From a virus (lineage: Duplodnaviria > Caudoviricetes): 31,067 nucleotides of DNA. Under the pieces are notes generated by a model that was not told where the DNA came from, made no database searches, and was given only the letters and a program-made list of their open reading frames with translations. Below are positions 1-8,406 of this stretch, piece after piece. How positions within the stretch are numbered: position 1 is the first letter of the stretch; each line of letters opens with the position of its first letter. Made by a program: the position numbers and the translations under genes. Where the stretch lies: IMG/VR virus record IMGVR_UViG_3300011118_000023, positions 1 through 31,067 of that record, one strand, 5' to 3'.

Positions 1-247
1 AGGCAGCAACGCCCGCGTCGTAGTGGGCCATCGCATCGGGCAGACTGGTAAGCTCGGCGTGGGAGGGCTTTTCCCAAAGAACGGTAAAGTCGCCACAGTG
101 CGACCATTCTTCGGTCTCGCCATTGTCCCACTCTACGATGATTACTATCATTCGTTCGCGGAGGACTTCGGCCCTTAGTTTCACTATGCCATTGAATCCC
201 AGGCCAAACCAATGTTCGCCAAACTCAACTCTGTTTGCTGGTCTCAC
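1..247 (-). CDS. Hypothetical protein, 3'-truncated by the window edge (MRPANRVEFGEHWFGLG...)
   Basis: Not in the ORF track. GTG at 247 overlaps the TGA of the upstream gene (GTGA), AAGGA lies upstream, and the frame is open to position 1. Confidence 0.6.
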   Translation of the reverse strand, partial: MRPANRVEFGEHWFGLGFNGIVKLRAEVLRERMIVIIVEWDNGETEEWSHCGDFTVLWEKPSHAELTSLPDAMAHYDAGVAA

Positions 248-444
248 TTGATTTCCTTTCTAGCGTGTGGTTCATCTTCTGACTCGCGTGTTTGTTTGTA
301 AGACCATGTTATCAGTTCCATGATTGTGGTGTCGCTTGGCGATTTGTTGGCATTGTGCAGGATGAAGTCTGCCACCAATTCGTCGAGTGCCCTATGCAGA
401 AACTCGTGTCGCTCCCTATGCGTCTTAGCTTCAGTCTTAGTCAT
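244..444 (-). CDS. Hypothetical phage protein, 66 aa (MTKTEAKTHRERHEFLHRALDELVADF...)
   Basis: ATG at 444 preceded by a strong SD (CAGGAGG). This start is preferred over the track's 489. Confidence 0.75.
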   Translation of the reverse strand: MTKTEAKTHRERHEFLHRALDELVADFILHNANKSPSDTTIMELITWSYKQTRESEDEPHARKEIK

Positions 445-509
445 GGTTGCCTCCTGTGTGAGTTGAAGCAGGGTAACGTCAAAAGCCAAACATATATTCT
501 AAATAGCAT
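441..509 (-). CDS. 22-aa hydrophobic peptide MLFRIYVWLLTLPCFNSHRRQP
   Basis: Purine-rich SD-like run (AAGAAAGAAGAGGAACC) before ATG 509. Its TGA overlaps the next ATG (ATGA). It is the first ORF after the promoter at 676-704. Confidence 0.5.
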   Translation of the reverse strand: MLFRIYVWLLTLPCFNSHRRQP

Positions 510-540
510 GGTTCCTCTTCTTTCTTGCTATTAGGCAAGT

Positions 541-669
541 CAAAGGGCCACTCTCTTGACCTGCTCGCCTGCTTCAGTCCGTTGGGGGGGACGTTCGCAC
601 CAGGAACAGCAAAGCAGGCCAAGAAAGTGACCCTTTGGTTAGCACGGCTATTCGGTTGTGGTTCCTGGT
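541..669 (-). ncRNA. Structured RNA / 5' leader: 25-bp stem plus 9-bp pseudoknot
   Basis: 541-565 and 613-637 form a 25-bp helix whose three non-Watson-Crick positions are all G-U on the minus strand. 661-669 is perfectly complementary to 599-607, which lies in the loop. Confidence 0.65.
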
Positions 670-675
670 ATCTGC

Positions 676-704
676 ATTCTACCATAGGCAGCGCGGTCTG
701 TCAA
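676..704 (-). promoter_or_regulatory. Sigma70-type promoter (TTGACA-N17-TAGAAT, extended -10 TG)
   Basis: Minus strand reads TTGACA gaccgcgctgcctatgg TAGAAT, immediately after the holin stop. Predicted TSS is about 669. Confidence 0.8.
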
Positions 705-705
705 G

Positions 706-912
706 CTACTTGGGCAAAATGTGTATGCCCTGGTCAGTCAGGTAGCGCAGAATGATGTTGACAAGTGCGACGACGCCCAATGCTACTGCGACGACCCCCT
801 TGTCTGGCTCGAAGTCACCAAACCCAAACTGGCTGGCGATGGTCGCCAAGGCTGCCAGGATGTTGAACCAAAACGTTTTGCTCTTCACGATGTTCTTTGA
901 TTCGTAGCCCAC
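706..912 (-). CDS. Holin-like two-TM membrane protein
   Basis: 68 aa with two hydrophobic segments (KSKTFWFNILAALATIAS; VVAVALGVVALVNIILRYLT). GAGGAGG upstream. Last gene of the virion operon. Confidence 0.65.
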   Translation of the reverse strand: MGYESKNIVKSKTFWFNILAALATIASQFGFGDFEPDKGVVAVALGVVALVNIILRYLTDQGIHILPK

Positions 913-2648
913 TTTTTCTCACCTCCTCTCGTCGTGGTGATAACTTCGGTAGCTTCTTCTCGATACACTTCTTTCTTACCGTGCATGAATTTGCCCGTCC
1001 AAGGCTCTAACTCGTAGCCTTCACGGAGGACGTGTCGTGTGGTGGTCTTGGGAACAGGGTAACTTTTGACTTCTCCTGTCTCCTCGTCCAGGTAATGCTT
1101 TTCAACCGTTTCGTAGGTCTCGGTGATGGGATGCACTGCCTCAATGAGTCCGCCGCGCAGGTTATAGAACTTGCCCTCTAGGGGGACAAAGACTTCCAGT
1201 CGTTTTGTCAGACTGTTGAAAAACAGAACTGCGCCGCCGAGCTTGGAGGGGGGTACTTCTCTCCTGATGCGCTCGATGATAGAGCTGTGGGTCTCACGGT
1301 CGTAGAGGACGTAGGGTGGATCGGTCCCGCCGCCCAGAGTCAGCTTGCCAGTAAATTGGCCTGTGCCGTTCACGTCGAGTTTGAAGGATGGTGTGACATC
1401 GTTGATGCCGACGTTGCCCCGGTTGAATAGCACGTCACCGTCACGCTCTAGTATTATCCCCGCAGTAGAAAAACTGCCAGTAGTCGAGAAACAGAGACTC
1501 CCATCCGCAGCAATTGTCCCCATCCCTGCCCATTGGGGTACGGTGTCGTATTTGGTGGCCAGCCACACTGCTGGTGTGTGGTGGTCGTCACCAACTGTGA
1601 AGTAAAGATTGGTATTTTCGTCAGGGGAATAAAGGTGCAGCCTCGCCATGGGAACTCCTATGCCGAGGCCAATCCACCCATCGCTCCCCTGTACAAATAG
1701 AGCGTGTTGGGAGCCATTGGACTCCACGCGGAAGTCGTAGTCGGCGCTGTCCTCGTTGATGACCATTTGGGTAGAGGTAATCCATACTTTTCGCGAGGTG
1801 TGCTGCCGGATGGCGAAGGGGATGTCACTGCGGCTCCCTATAAACCCATGATTGGAAGGGTCGTTGTAGACGCCCCAAGTGATGTCGCCTGGCGTGCCTG
1901 ACAATTGGCAGTATACATCGTTGTCTGCCATGTTGATGAGGAGGATGTTATTGCTCTGGCCGAAGTGAAACTTGTTTTCTTCGTTCACTGCATCCCAGAA
2001 GACGAGGCGATCATATGGGTCTCTGTAGATGTCCCACTTTTGGGTTGCACCCTCATATATCTCTAGGATACGGGCGTCGTCTGCTCTGTCTGCTTTGATG
2101 GCATTTGAGAACGTCCACGCGCCGGATATGGTCTCCGTGTCTCCAAAGTTGGGGTACACTGCGCTGTGATCATCGCCGTCCAGCCCACCAATCGAGCCGT
2201 GGTCTATTTGCCCCTGAGCGATGCTAAGAGCAATCGTGTTGCCAGAGGCGTCGGCGTTGATTACTCCATCGTCGGTAAGCTGAATCCTGTCATCCGCCGC
2301 CGGCACGATAGCTGTCGCCGCGTTGTCCTCTAGGCCGATAAACCCCGCGTGGTGGGCATCGGCGTTGGCTGCGTGTACTGAGATGTCCACGCCATCTATT
2401 GTCACACCCGCGCTTACGGTCAGGTTGCCCGTCAGGTTGCGTGTGCCATTGGCCAAGAGGTAGATGGTGTGATCATCGTCGGTCAGACCTAGAAGCCCGC
2501 CGTGGTCAATTGTTACTGTTCCACCCGTGGTGAGGTCAAGCCGCTTGACGGTGATACGGTCGAAGTTGCCCCAAGACTGCAAGCTGGTGAGCCAGGCTTC
2601 GATCTCCTCGACCTTGCCTTTTATCCAGGGCCAATCTATTGATCCCAT
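885..2648 (-). CDS. Tail fibre / receptor-binding protein (about 587 aa)
   Basis: Fibre-type motifs: two DHGxxxGLxxDDH repeats, VINEDSADYDFRVES, GNVGINDVTPSFKLDVNG. Start placed at MGSIDW (ATG 2648, GAGG upstream, 4 nt after the previous stop). Confidence 0.75.
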   Translation of the reverse strand: MGSIDWPWIKGKVEEIEAWLTSLQSWGNFDRITVKRLDLTTGGTVTIDHGGLLGLTDDDHTIYLLANGTRNLTGNLTVSAGVTIDGVDISVHAANADAHHAGFIGLEDNAATAIVPAADDRIQLTDDGVINADASGNTIALSIAQGQIDHGSIGGLDGDDHSAVYPNFGDTETISGAWTFSNAIKADRADDARILEIYEGATQKWDIYRDPYDRLVFWDAVNEENKFHFGQSNNILLINMADNDVYCQLSGTPGDITWGVYNDPSNHGFIGSRSDIPFAIRQHTSRKVWITSTQMVINEDSADYDFRVESNGSQHALFVQGSDGWIGLGIGVPMARLHLYSPDENTNLYFTVGDDHHTPAVWLATKYDTVPQWAGMGTIAADGSLCFSTTGSFSTAGIILERDGDVLFNRGNVGINDVTPSFKLDVNGTGQFTGKLTLGGGTDPPYVLYDRETHSSIIERIRREVPPSKLGGAVLFFNSLTKRLEVFVPLEGKFYNLRGGLIEAVHPITETYETVEKHYLDEETGEVKSYPVPKTTTRHVLREGYELEPWTGKFMHGKKEVYREEATEVITTTRGGEKKWATNQRTS

Positions 2649-2652
2649 TTGG

Positions 2653-3210
2653 TCAGCCTCTTTCGATGAGCCGCATGGCATCTTCACAAACCTGGTTGCG
2701 GTCTTCGTCGCTGCGGTTGATGTCGATCTCTTTCAATCTCAAGACGGTGAATACCTCTGGAAACGCCATCAATTTGACCCTGCGAGCCTCGTCGCGCAAC
2801 AGCCGCCAGCCGGCGGCGTGCCATGTCGCGCCTTCGACCTCCCAGAGCACGATCTGTCCTGGGATGATGTTGTAGATGGCGAAGTCGCTGACCAAGCCCC
2901 CGTGGACGACGCGCCCGCCGAGGAACTCCGGCTGAAACTCGAAGTCACGGTAGGGCTCCAGCTTGGGTTCGGCTTGGTACAGTAGCCACCAGATCACCCG
3001 TCGCTCTGGCAGGCTGGCAAGTTTTTCCATGAAGCGAGTGCCCTTGGGCCATGCTTGCCTCTCACGCCAGTCGACGGCGCGGTCGCCAGCGTACACCCCA
3101 CGGGGGGTCTTGGGAAAGTCGGGTATCCCGCCCATCCGTGGTAGGCCGGTTGTCACTGGCCGCTCGCGTGGCGGGCGAGTGATGTCTGTCGTGATGCTGC
3201 GGCGTCTCAT
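2653..3210 (-). CDS. Vsr/DUF559-like PD-(D/E)xK endonuclease with an Arg/Pro-rich N-terminus
   Basis: SLPE...FEFQ...SDF...WEVEGATWH...RDEARR...VLRLKE pattern. ATG 3210 overlaps the TGA of the 45-aa gene (ATGA). Confidence 0.7.
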   Translation of the reverse strand: MRRRSITTDITRPPRERPVTTGLPRMGGIPDFPKTPRGVYAGDRAVDWRERQAWPKGTRFMEKLASLPERRVIWWLLYQAEPKLEPYRDFEFQPEFLGGRVVHGGLVSDFAIYNIIPGQIVLWEVEGATWHAAGWRLLRDEARRVKLMAFPEVFTVLRLKEIDINRSDEDRNQVCEDAMRLIERG

Positions 3211-3344
3211 TTGCCCTTCTTTTTCTTGCGCTTCTTGGCGAGGTAGGCTTCGTATGCTCGTTGCGCGGCCTTGTGCGTTCTGTACATGCACGGCCCGCTG
3301 CCGATGCGGTATTTTTTGTTACTTGGACAATAGCGAACGGGCAT
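3207..3344 (-). CDS. 45-aa basic protein MPVRYCPSNKKYRIGSGPCMYRTHKAAQRAYEAYLAKKRKKKKGK
   Basis: Translated by hand (below the track cutoff). It starts inside the 3' end of the LAGLIDADG gene with GAGGA upstream, and its stop is coupled to the next ATG. Confidence 0.8.
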   Translation of the reverse strand: MPVRYCPSNKKYRIGSGPCMYRTHKAAQRAYEAYLAKKRKKKKGK

Positions 3345-3924
3345 GTTCTAGTAAATCCTCGTATCCGTTCAGATCAACTCTTTGATCTAGGTACTCCACA
3401 ACCTGGGTTAGCCAATCCTTTTTGACGAGTAAGTATTTGTGAACTTGGCACAATAGCCAGAGGATGTCTATGCAGTTTGTCATCCGCCAATGCCAGCAAT
3501 CAGTCCAATTTTCGTTCTGCTTACTTCTCTCATCCAGTGACATTTCTCCTGTACCAAGCCAACTAGAGAATTTATCTAGTGGAGTTTTGTCACACTGTGC
3601 GATGCTTAGTTGTGGAGTGCTGCTGTTGCCAGACCAACAGACGCATCCTTCGCCATCTAGAAAGCCAGCTAGGTAAGCCCATTGCCAATCCTCTAGGTTG
3701 GCATTGATTGTTCTTTCAACGTAGGTACGCCTTCGAGCACAAGTCCCACAGTACAATGGTGTATTTTCCCAAATGCGCTTCTTGACGTGATCCAGCCGCG
3801 TCTCAATGATTTTATTGCATCCTTCGCAACGTATCTTTACATATTTGCGCCCGAAGCCTTTTAGTTTGAATGGACTACCGATAATGTGTTCTTTCCAAGA
3901 TGCATCTTCACGGGCTAATGTCAT
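3319..3924 (-). CDS. Free-standing single-motif LAGLIDADG homing endonuclease with N-terminal Cys-pair (Zn-ribbon-like) region
   Basis: WAYLAGFLDGEGCV motif followed by LSIAQ and LLVKK. CEGC...CGTC in the N-terminus. GC is about 40-42% on two hand-counted lines, lower than the flanks. Confidence 0.9.
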   Translation of the reverse strand: MTLAREDASWKEHIIGSPFKLKGFGRKYVKIRCEGCNKIIETRLDHVKKRIWENTPLYCGTCARRRTYVERTINANLEDWQWAYLAGFLDGEGCVCWSGNSSTPQLSIAQCDKTPLDKFSSWLGTGEMSLDERSKQNENWTDCWHWRMTNCIDILWLLCQVHKYLLVKKDWLTQVVEYLDQRVDLNGYEDLLEHARSLLSK

Positions 3925-3953
3925 CTTTTCTCTGCTTTCTTCCTGACCGGCAT
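3921..3953 (-). pseudogene. Remnant 5' end of the 45-aa gene, now mini-ORF MPVRKKAEKR*
   Basis: GGAGG-N7-ATG CCG GTC AGG encodes MPVR, the same residues as the start at 3344. Its TGA overlaps the endonuclease ATG. Confidence 0.7.
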
Positions 3954-3955
3954 GG

Positions 3956-6025
3956 TTAGACCTCCAGAAGTGTTAGCTTTGCCCAGTAGACTGTACTGGG
4001 TTTGGTGGCGTCATCGGTGGTCTTTTGCCGCACTGGGCGGAGGCTGTAGTTACTCACTTTGACTGTGTGGCTGTTACCCACCTCGTCAACAAATGCCACA
4101 CGGCCCTTCTTGCGAATCTCGTTGAGCCGTGCCAACTGCGTGCTGATGGGCGTTCTGTCTGTGTAGCCGTTCCGCAATGCGCGTGGGCTGGCGACCAACA
4201 CAGTGGCTTGCCACAGATCGTAGTCGGCCACGTTGACCAGGTACTTCAACGCCCACGCTTTCAGAACTGGCGTTCTGGTGACAACGGTGCTGGTCATTGA
4301 GATGCGGAATTGAATGTACCGACCCCAAGGTATCCCTGGCCGGATGGTAGAGCCGGTCGCTGGCGCACCGTCGAGGGGACACTGTAGCTCAAAGTGAGTA
4401 GTGTCGGTAACGCTGGCCACCATGCGATACTCGTTCACGTCAACAAAGTATACCCAATCGCCAGCAGTCATGTCACTGGTACTGCTACCGCTGGCGAGTG
4501 TTACAGTGCGTGTTGATACTGAGGTTAGCACTTTGTCGGTGAAGTCGCTGGCGGGAAAGTTATGAGTGTATGATTTCTGGGCCTGGGCGTTGGCCTCAAT
4601 GGTTTGATCGAATAGCTCTATCCAGTTATGGTTGGTGTCAATTCGGTAGTCGAAGCGGATTGTTTGGGTGCCCGTTCCAGATATGCTTGCATTTTCCGCC
4701 CAGATGGTAAGCGATCTCCACTCTTTCTGCGCGTCGTGTAGGTTAGCTGTGAACTCAGGGGTGTAGAGGTAGGCCTGAAGCTCGCCAGCGTTTTTCCACT
4801 GGTAGCTGGCATCTTTTCCAGTCGTTGGGTCACCAATCTCGCTTGGTAGATAGAAGTAGTACGTTTTGTTTTCTGTATCAGTGGCATGATAACTGCAATA
4901 GTGTAGCTGACCACCTATGCCTGACCCTGGATCGAAATATATTGCCCCCCGCCCTTCTGTCCCGCTGTGCGCTATGGTGTGCCATCCAGAGCCATTCCAG
5001 GCGAGAATCCAGCAGTATTGCTGGTCAGTCTGGCCTACCAAGGCGTAGAGGAAATTGGCGGTGGGCATCAAGTCCCAAATTCTTCCAGGGACATTGCCTG
5101 CTGTGAGTGTGTCTGGACCCATAGAAGAAATAGTGTATCCCGTCCATCTCAGCAGGCCGCCCTTCCCCCATGTGACGTACAGGAAGCCATCCGACCAGAC
5201 GCAGCACTTGACGCCATTTCTATTGTCAATCGAGTTGCGCCATTTGAGTTCTCCGATCTCATAGGCGGTATCGATCTCTCCAGGGTTGCCAGGGATTTTC
5301 CATGCGCCATCGTTCTTAAAGACGATAAGTGCATTTTGAAAAGTGATCATGGATTGGATGACATATTGGCTATCACCAACGTACATTATGGATGACCAGG
5401 TTGGAGAGGGATCATCGGGATCGTTAGAGTAGTATAAGGCTTGGTTGACAGACCTGTAGAGAAACCCGCCATGCACATAGAGTCTGTAGGCGGCTGGCGT
5501 GCCACCTACGTCTGTCCATGCTGTTCCGTTGGCAGTCTTGCGCATGGTATTGGAGGTGTTCTGGGCGACATAGAAGTAGCCGTTGAACTCACACATGCTG
5601 GTCACGGTGGCTGTTGTTGTCTCCCTCAATGTCCATGTGCCACTGACTAACTCGTAGACTTCTTTGTCTATGCTCATGAACAACTTGTCGCCAAACTTGC
5701 CGTAGTGTACGTCTCCCGTCTTATCGGAGGGGACGGCGGTGCCCTGCCCGTGTGGGCCGATGAACACTTTGTTCTTGAAGCGAGTGTCAATGTTTACGCC
5801 ATACCAATACTCCTCTGGATCGCCATACAGTTCGCTTCCTATGCCGCGGTGCATGGTATCTATCTGCCACACGGCCCACTCGTCCAAGTCGGCGTAGCTT
5901 CTGTAGCCAGTTGACGACTTCACGGCGTAGGGGTTGGCCTGCACTCTCTGAACGTCGAGGCCGTTGCCGATCAGTATTAGTCCTTCCCCATCTAGGGTTA
6001 TGTCGTAGACTAGGCTTCTCGCCAT
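3956..6025 (-). CDS. Tail nozzle/hub protein (beta-propeller rich; P22 gp10 / T7 gp12 positional analogue)
   Basis: 689 aa with repeated propeller-like strands (SMCEFNGYFYVA, SMITFQNALIVFK, WSDGFLYV). Follows the adaptor gene. Confidence 0.65.
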   Translation of the reverse strand: MARSLVYDITLDGEGLILIGNGLDVQRVQANPYAVKSSTGYRSYADLDEWAVWQIDTMHRGIGSELYGDPEEYWYGVNIDTRFKNKVFIGPHGQGTAVPSDKTGDVHYGKFGDKLFMSIDKEVYELVSGTWTLRETTTATVTSMCEFNGYFYVAQNTSNTMRKTANGTAWTDVGGTPAAYRLYVHGGFLYRSVNQALYYSNDPDDPSPTWSSIMYVGDSQYVIQSMITFQNALIVFKNDGAWKIPGNPGEIDTAYEIGELKWRNSIDNRNGVKCCVWSDGFLYVTWGKGGLLRWTGYTISSMGPDTLTAGNVPGRIWDLMPTANFLYALVGQTDQQYCWILAWNGSGWHTIAHSGTEGRGAIYFDPGSGIGGQLHYCSYHATDTENKTYYFYLPSEIGDPTTGKDASYQWKNAGELQAYLYTPEFTANLHDAQKEWRSLTIWAENASISGTGTQTIRFDYRIDTNHNWIELFDQTIEANAQAQKSYTHNFPASDFTDKVLTSVSTRTVTLASGSSTSDMTAGDWVYFVDVNEYRMVASVTDTTHFELQCPLDGAPATGSTIRPGIPWGRYIQFRISMTSTVVTRTPVLKAWALKYLVNVADYDLWQATVLVASPRALRNGYTDRTPISTQLARLNEIRKKGRVAFVDEVGNSHTVKVSNYSLRPVRQKTTDDATKPSTVYWAKLTLLEV

Positions 6026-6951
6026 TATGTTCCTGACTTCGTGCCGCCACCTGCAAGTTGGCTGTAGGCGCGGTCGCGCATGTTGTGGTCGTGCTCTTGC
6101 CAGCCGAGGCGTTGAACTTGCCCAGGCAACGGTGGCATGGCCTCGTCTCTAGCTATTCTCAATCGTTCGTCCCTGGCCAGCCGGGCCATGTTCCAGTAGA
6201 AGTTGCGGTGCGCGTCGTCTCCCTCGTTCGCCAATTTGAGGTAGAGTTTCTCCAATGTTAATTCGACTATGAAGCTGACTGCCGATCTGTCATACTGATT
6301 TGTGCCTGAACCACTTGCGATGTTTAGGACTGAAGCGTCGGTTACGGTGGCTGGGTCCCACGACAGTGCAGCTTCGTAGTGCAGAGCGATGTCACCTATC
6401 CCGCCATCGCTCGACACGATGAGGTAGTACGCTCCCGTCTGGCCTTTGACTTCCCAGTTGGGGAACGGCCTCCAGCGATGACTGGAGGATGGCCTGGTGT
6501 AGACTTCTCTCAGTCGCCGCACCTCCGCTGGCAGGCTATATGAGTACGTTCCGGCAGTCCAATCTACAGTGGTTGTGTCCCATGTTTCCTTGTACCAGTA
6601 TTGCCCTGCTTGCTTTACTGCATCGCTGATCAAGTTCTGTAGCTCGACGACGCTGGTGTGCCCCGCGTGTATTTCCAGAATGTCTCCGTTGGCGATGGCG
6701 GCGGTGAAGGCCAGGCCCACCGTTAGGGTTTGGGTGGCTTGGTCATAGTCGGTGACGATTCGTTCTTCTCCCTCTGGTGCTGCACTGTTGGCGCTTTGGA
6801 CGTATAGGAGGGAGCCATTCCAATAGTCGTCTGGTTGGAACAATCTGGTTGTCGAGATGGCAGTCGTTGTGCTGCCACCTGAAGCTGAGATCACGTCAAA
6901 TCGTCCCAACCGGCGGGCGATCATTTGTCGCACATTAGCTCTATTGTGCAT
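6025..6951 (-). CDS. Head-to-tail adaptor-like virion protein
   Basis: 308 aa: N-terminal helix, GGSTTT...DDYWNG beta insert, GTYSYSLP motif and a helical C-terminus. Precedes the nozzle gene. Confidence 0.6.
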   Translation of the reverse strand: MHNRANVRQMIARRLGRFDVISASGGSTTTAISTTRLFQPDDYWNGSLLYVQSANSAAPEGEERIVTDYDQATQTLTVGLAFTAAIANGDILEIHAGHTSVVELQNLISDAVKQAGQYWYKETWDTTTVDWTAGTYSYSLPAEVRRLREVYTRPSSSHRWRPFPNWEVKGQTGAYYLIVSSDGGIGDIALHYEAALSWDPATVTDASVLNIASGSGTNQYDRSAVSFIVELTLEKLYLKLANEGDDAHRNFYWNMARLARDERLRIARDEAMPPLPGQVQRLGWQEHDHNMRDRAYSQLAGGGTKSGT

Positions 6952-6952
6952 G

Positions 6953-7705
6953 TTACACCTCCGCCAAGTCTGCGATGGCAGCTCCAGACAATGCGCTGTC
7001 GAACACGGCTATGTGGGCCAGCCAGCCCCACCATTCGTTTATCGGTGTGGCGATAGCCCTTGCGCCGATAACAGTTGCGTCACTATCGAGGTCTCCTGGT
7101 GTTGCCCATGTTCCCAATGTGGTTTGGGTTGAACCAGCCTGAGCACCGCTGAGGTAGGCTTTTACCTCATTTGCCGTTTTGCTCCATGTCATGGCCCAGT
7201 GGAACCAGGTCGTTGGGCTGAAAGAGGTTATTGTGATGTTTTCTACTGTTCCACCAGCGACGTAGTGGAAGTAGAATCTGTTAGCACGATACTCCTTTGA
7301 GGCGCGGAGGAAATTGGCACTGTCAGACCACAACTGGATACACATGCGATCTGCTCCGTCTGTCCAGCGAGTGGTGGCATTAACTTTGGCCCAACCGATG
7401 ATTGTTCCCTCTGCACCGTCGAAGGCAGTATTGAGACCGGCACTGTAGATGTCAACTACGTCATCAGAGCCATCAAAGTAAGGAACATCATCGCCATCTG
7501 GCCCTACTGCATTGGCTAAGGCGACATCATGGTATGTACCATTGTAGCTGTTACCACTCTGATCCTCGGCGGTCGAACCACCGGCTTCCCACAGCGGCCA
7601 GTAGGCGATTGGGCTATAGCCGATGATCTTGCTCGCATAGGCCCAGTTGATGCCGCTGATGAGTGGATTGAGCATCGCGTGTCCGAGTATGCTCAAGCTG
7701 CCCAT
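6953..7705 (-). CDS. LamG / concanavalin A-like lectin domain virion protein
   Basis: PIAYWPLWEAGGSTAEDQSGN...FDG...WFHWAMTW...YLSG...IAVFDSALS pattern. Confidence 0.85.
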   Translation of the reverse strand: MGSLSILGHAMLNPLISGINWAYASKIIGYSPIAYWPLWEAGGSTAEDQSGNSYNGTYHDVALANAVGPDGDDVPYFDGSDDVVDIYSAGLNTAFDGAEGTIIGWAKVNATTRWTDGADRMCIQLWSDSANFLRASKEYRANRFYFHYVAGGTVENITITSFSPTTWFHWAMTWSKTANEVKAYLSGAQAGSTQTTLGTWATPGDLDSDATVIGARAIATPINEWWGWLAHIAVFDSALSGAAIADLAEV

Positions 7706-7706
7706 A

Positions 7707-8081
7707 TCATGCCTTCTTGTCTACCAGCAACACCCGTGCCGAGGTTTGGGCGGTATTGCCGGCACTGCCATCCTGTGACCACAGTTTGACGAAACGGGCA
7801 ACGGCTACCTCAGCCGGTGCAGAGTAGGCACAGTCCACCGCAGGGCTGTCAACCTGCACCAACGTTCCGTTGTCGTCGTAGAGGGGCAGGAAGGTCCCAG
7901 CCGCCTCACTGGCGACCTTGAACCCGATACTTGCGCTCGTCCATCCTGCGGGCATGTGGATGAGTAACAGCGAATAGTCGCGCATGTCGACGATCTCGGT
8001 AGTCACGTTTCCGCTGGAGGCGATGTTGACGGTTTCGGTTTGGCTCTTGCGTTCGATAAGTCTGAAATTGTGTCCTGGCAT
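7707..8081 (-). CDS. Small beta-sandwich virion protein (hypothetical)
   Basis: 124-aa beta-rich ORF (MPAGWTSASIGFKV...FLPLYDDNG) with GGAG upstream, in operon context. Confidence 0.6.
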   Translation of the reverse strand: MPGHNFRLIERKSQTETVNIASSGNVTTEIVDMRDYSLLLIHMPAGWTSASIGFKVASEAAGTFLPLYDDNGTLVQVDSPAVDCAYSAPAEVAVARFVKLWSQDGSAGNTAQTSARVLLVDKKA

Positions 8082-8090
8082 GGTCTTCTC

Positions 8091-8402
8091 CTATCCTCGC
8101 ATGATGAGCTTTTCGCTCACCATCTCTGCTAGTTTCTCGTTTTGCTGACTAAGTGTTTTGTTCTCCCGTTCCAGTTTCTCAACTCGGTCGGTAAGCTCTC
8201 TGATTTGTTTTCGTAAGCGTCCAATCTCAGCCCGCATGTCTTCGACGAGTTCTGCTGCTGCTTTGGTGAGTGTCGCGGCGGCGTTGGCCTTGATCGTCGT
8301 TTCCGCGCTTCTTGCTTGGCGGCGACCTAGCAGGTATGTCAAAAGTGCTGGCAAACCGCCAACCACTAAGGGCAGTATGATTGATGTGATGATGTTTTCC
8401 AT
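8091..8402 (-). CDS. Single-TM plus coiled-coil protein (possible lysis-associated membrane protein)
   Basis: Hydrophobic N-terminus (IITSIILPLVVGGLPALLTYLLG) followed by heptad repeats. Alternative start at 8426. Confidence 0.65.
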   Translation of the reverse strand: MENIITSIILPLVVGGLPALLTYLLGRRQARSAETTIKANAAATLTKAAAELVEDMRAEIGRLRKQIRELTDRVEKLERENKTLSQQNEKLAEMVSEKLIMRG

Positions 8403-8406
8403 GATG

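Noticed and set aside
885-2648. Diversity-generating retroelement acting on the tail fibre
   Set aside because: No reverse transcriptase and no template/variable repeat pair noticed in the window.
3319-3953. Group I intron or intein around the LAGLIDADG gene
   Set aside because: There is no non-coding space for a ribozyme core, no intein splice motifs, and the downstream gene has its own start.
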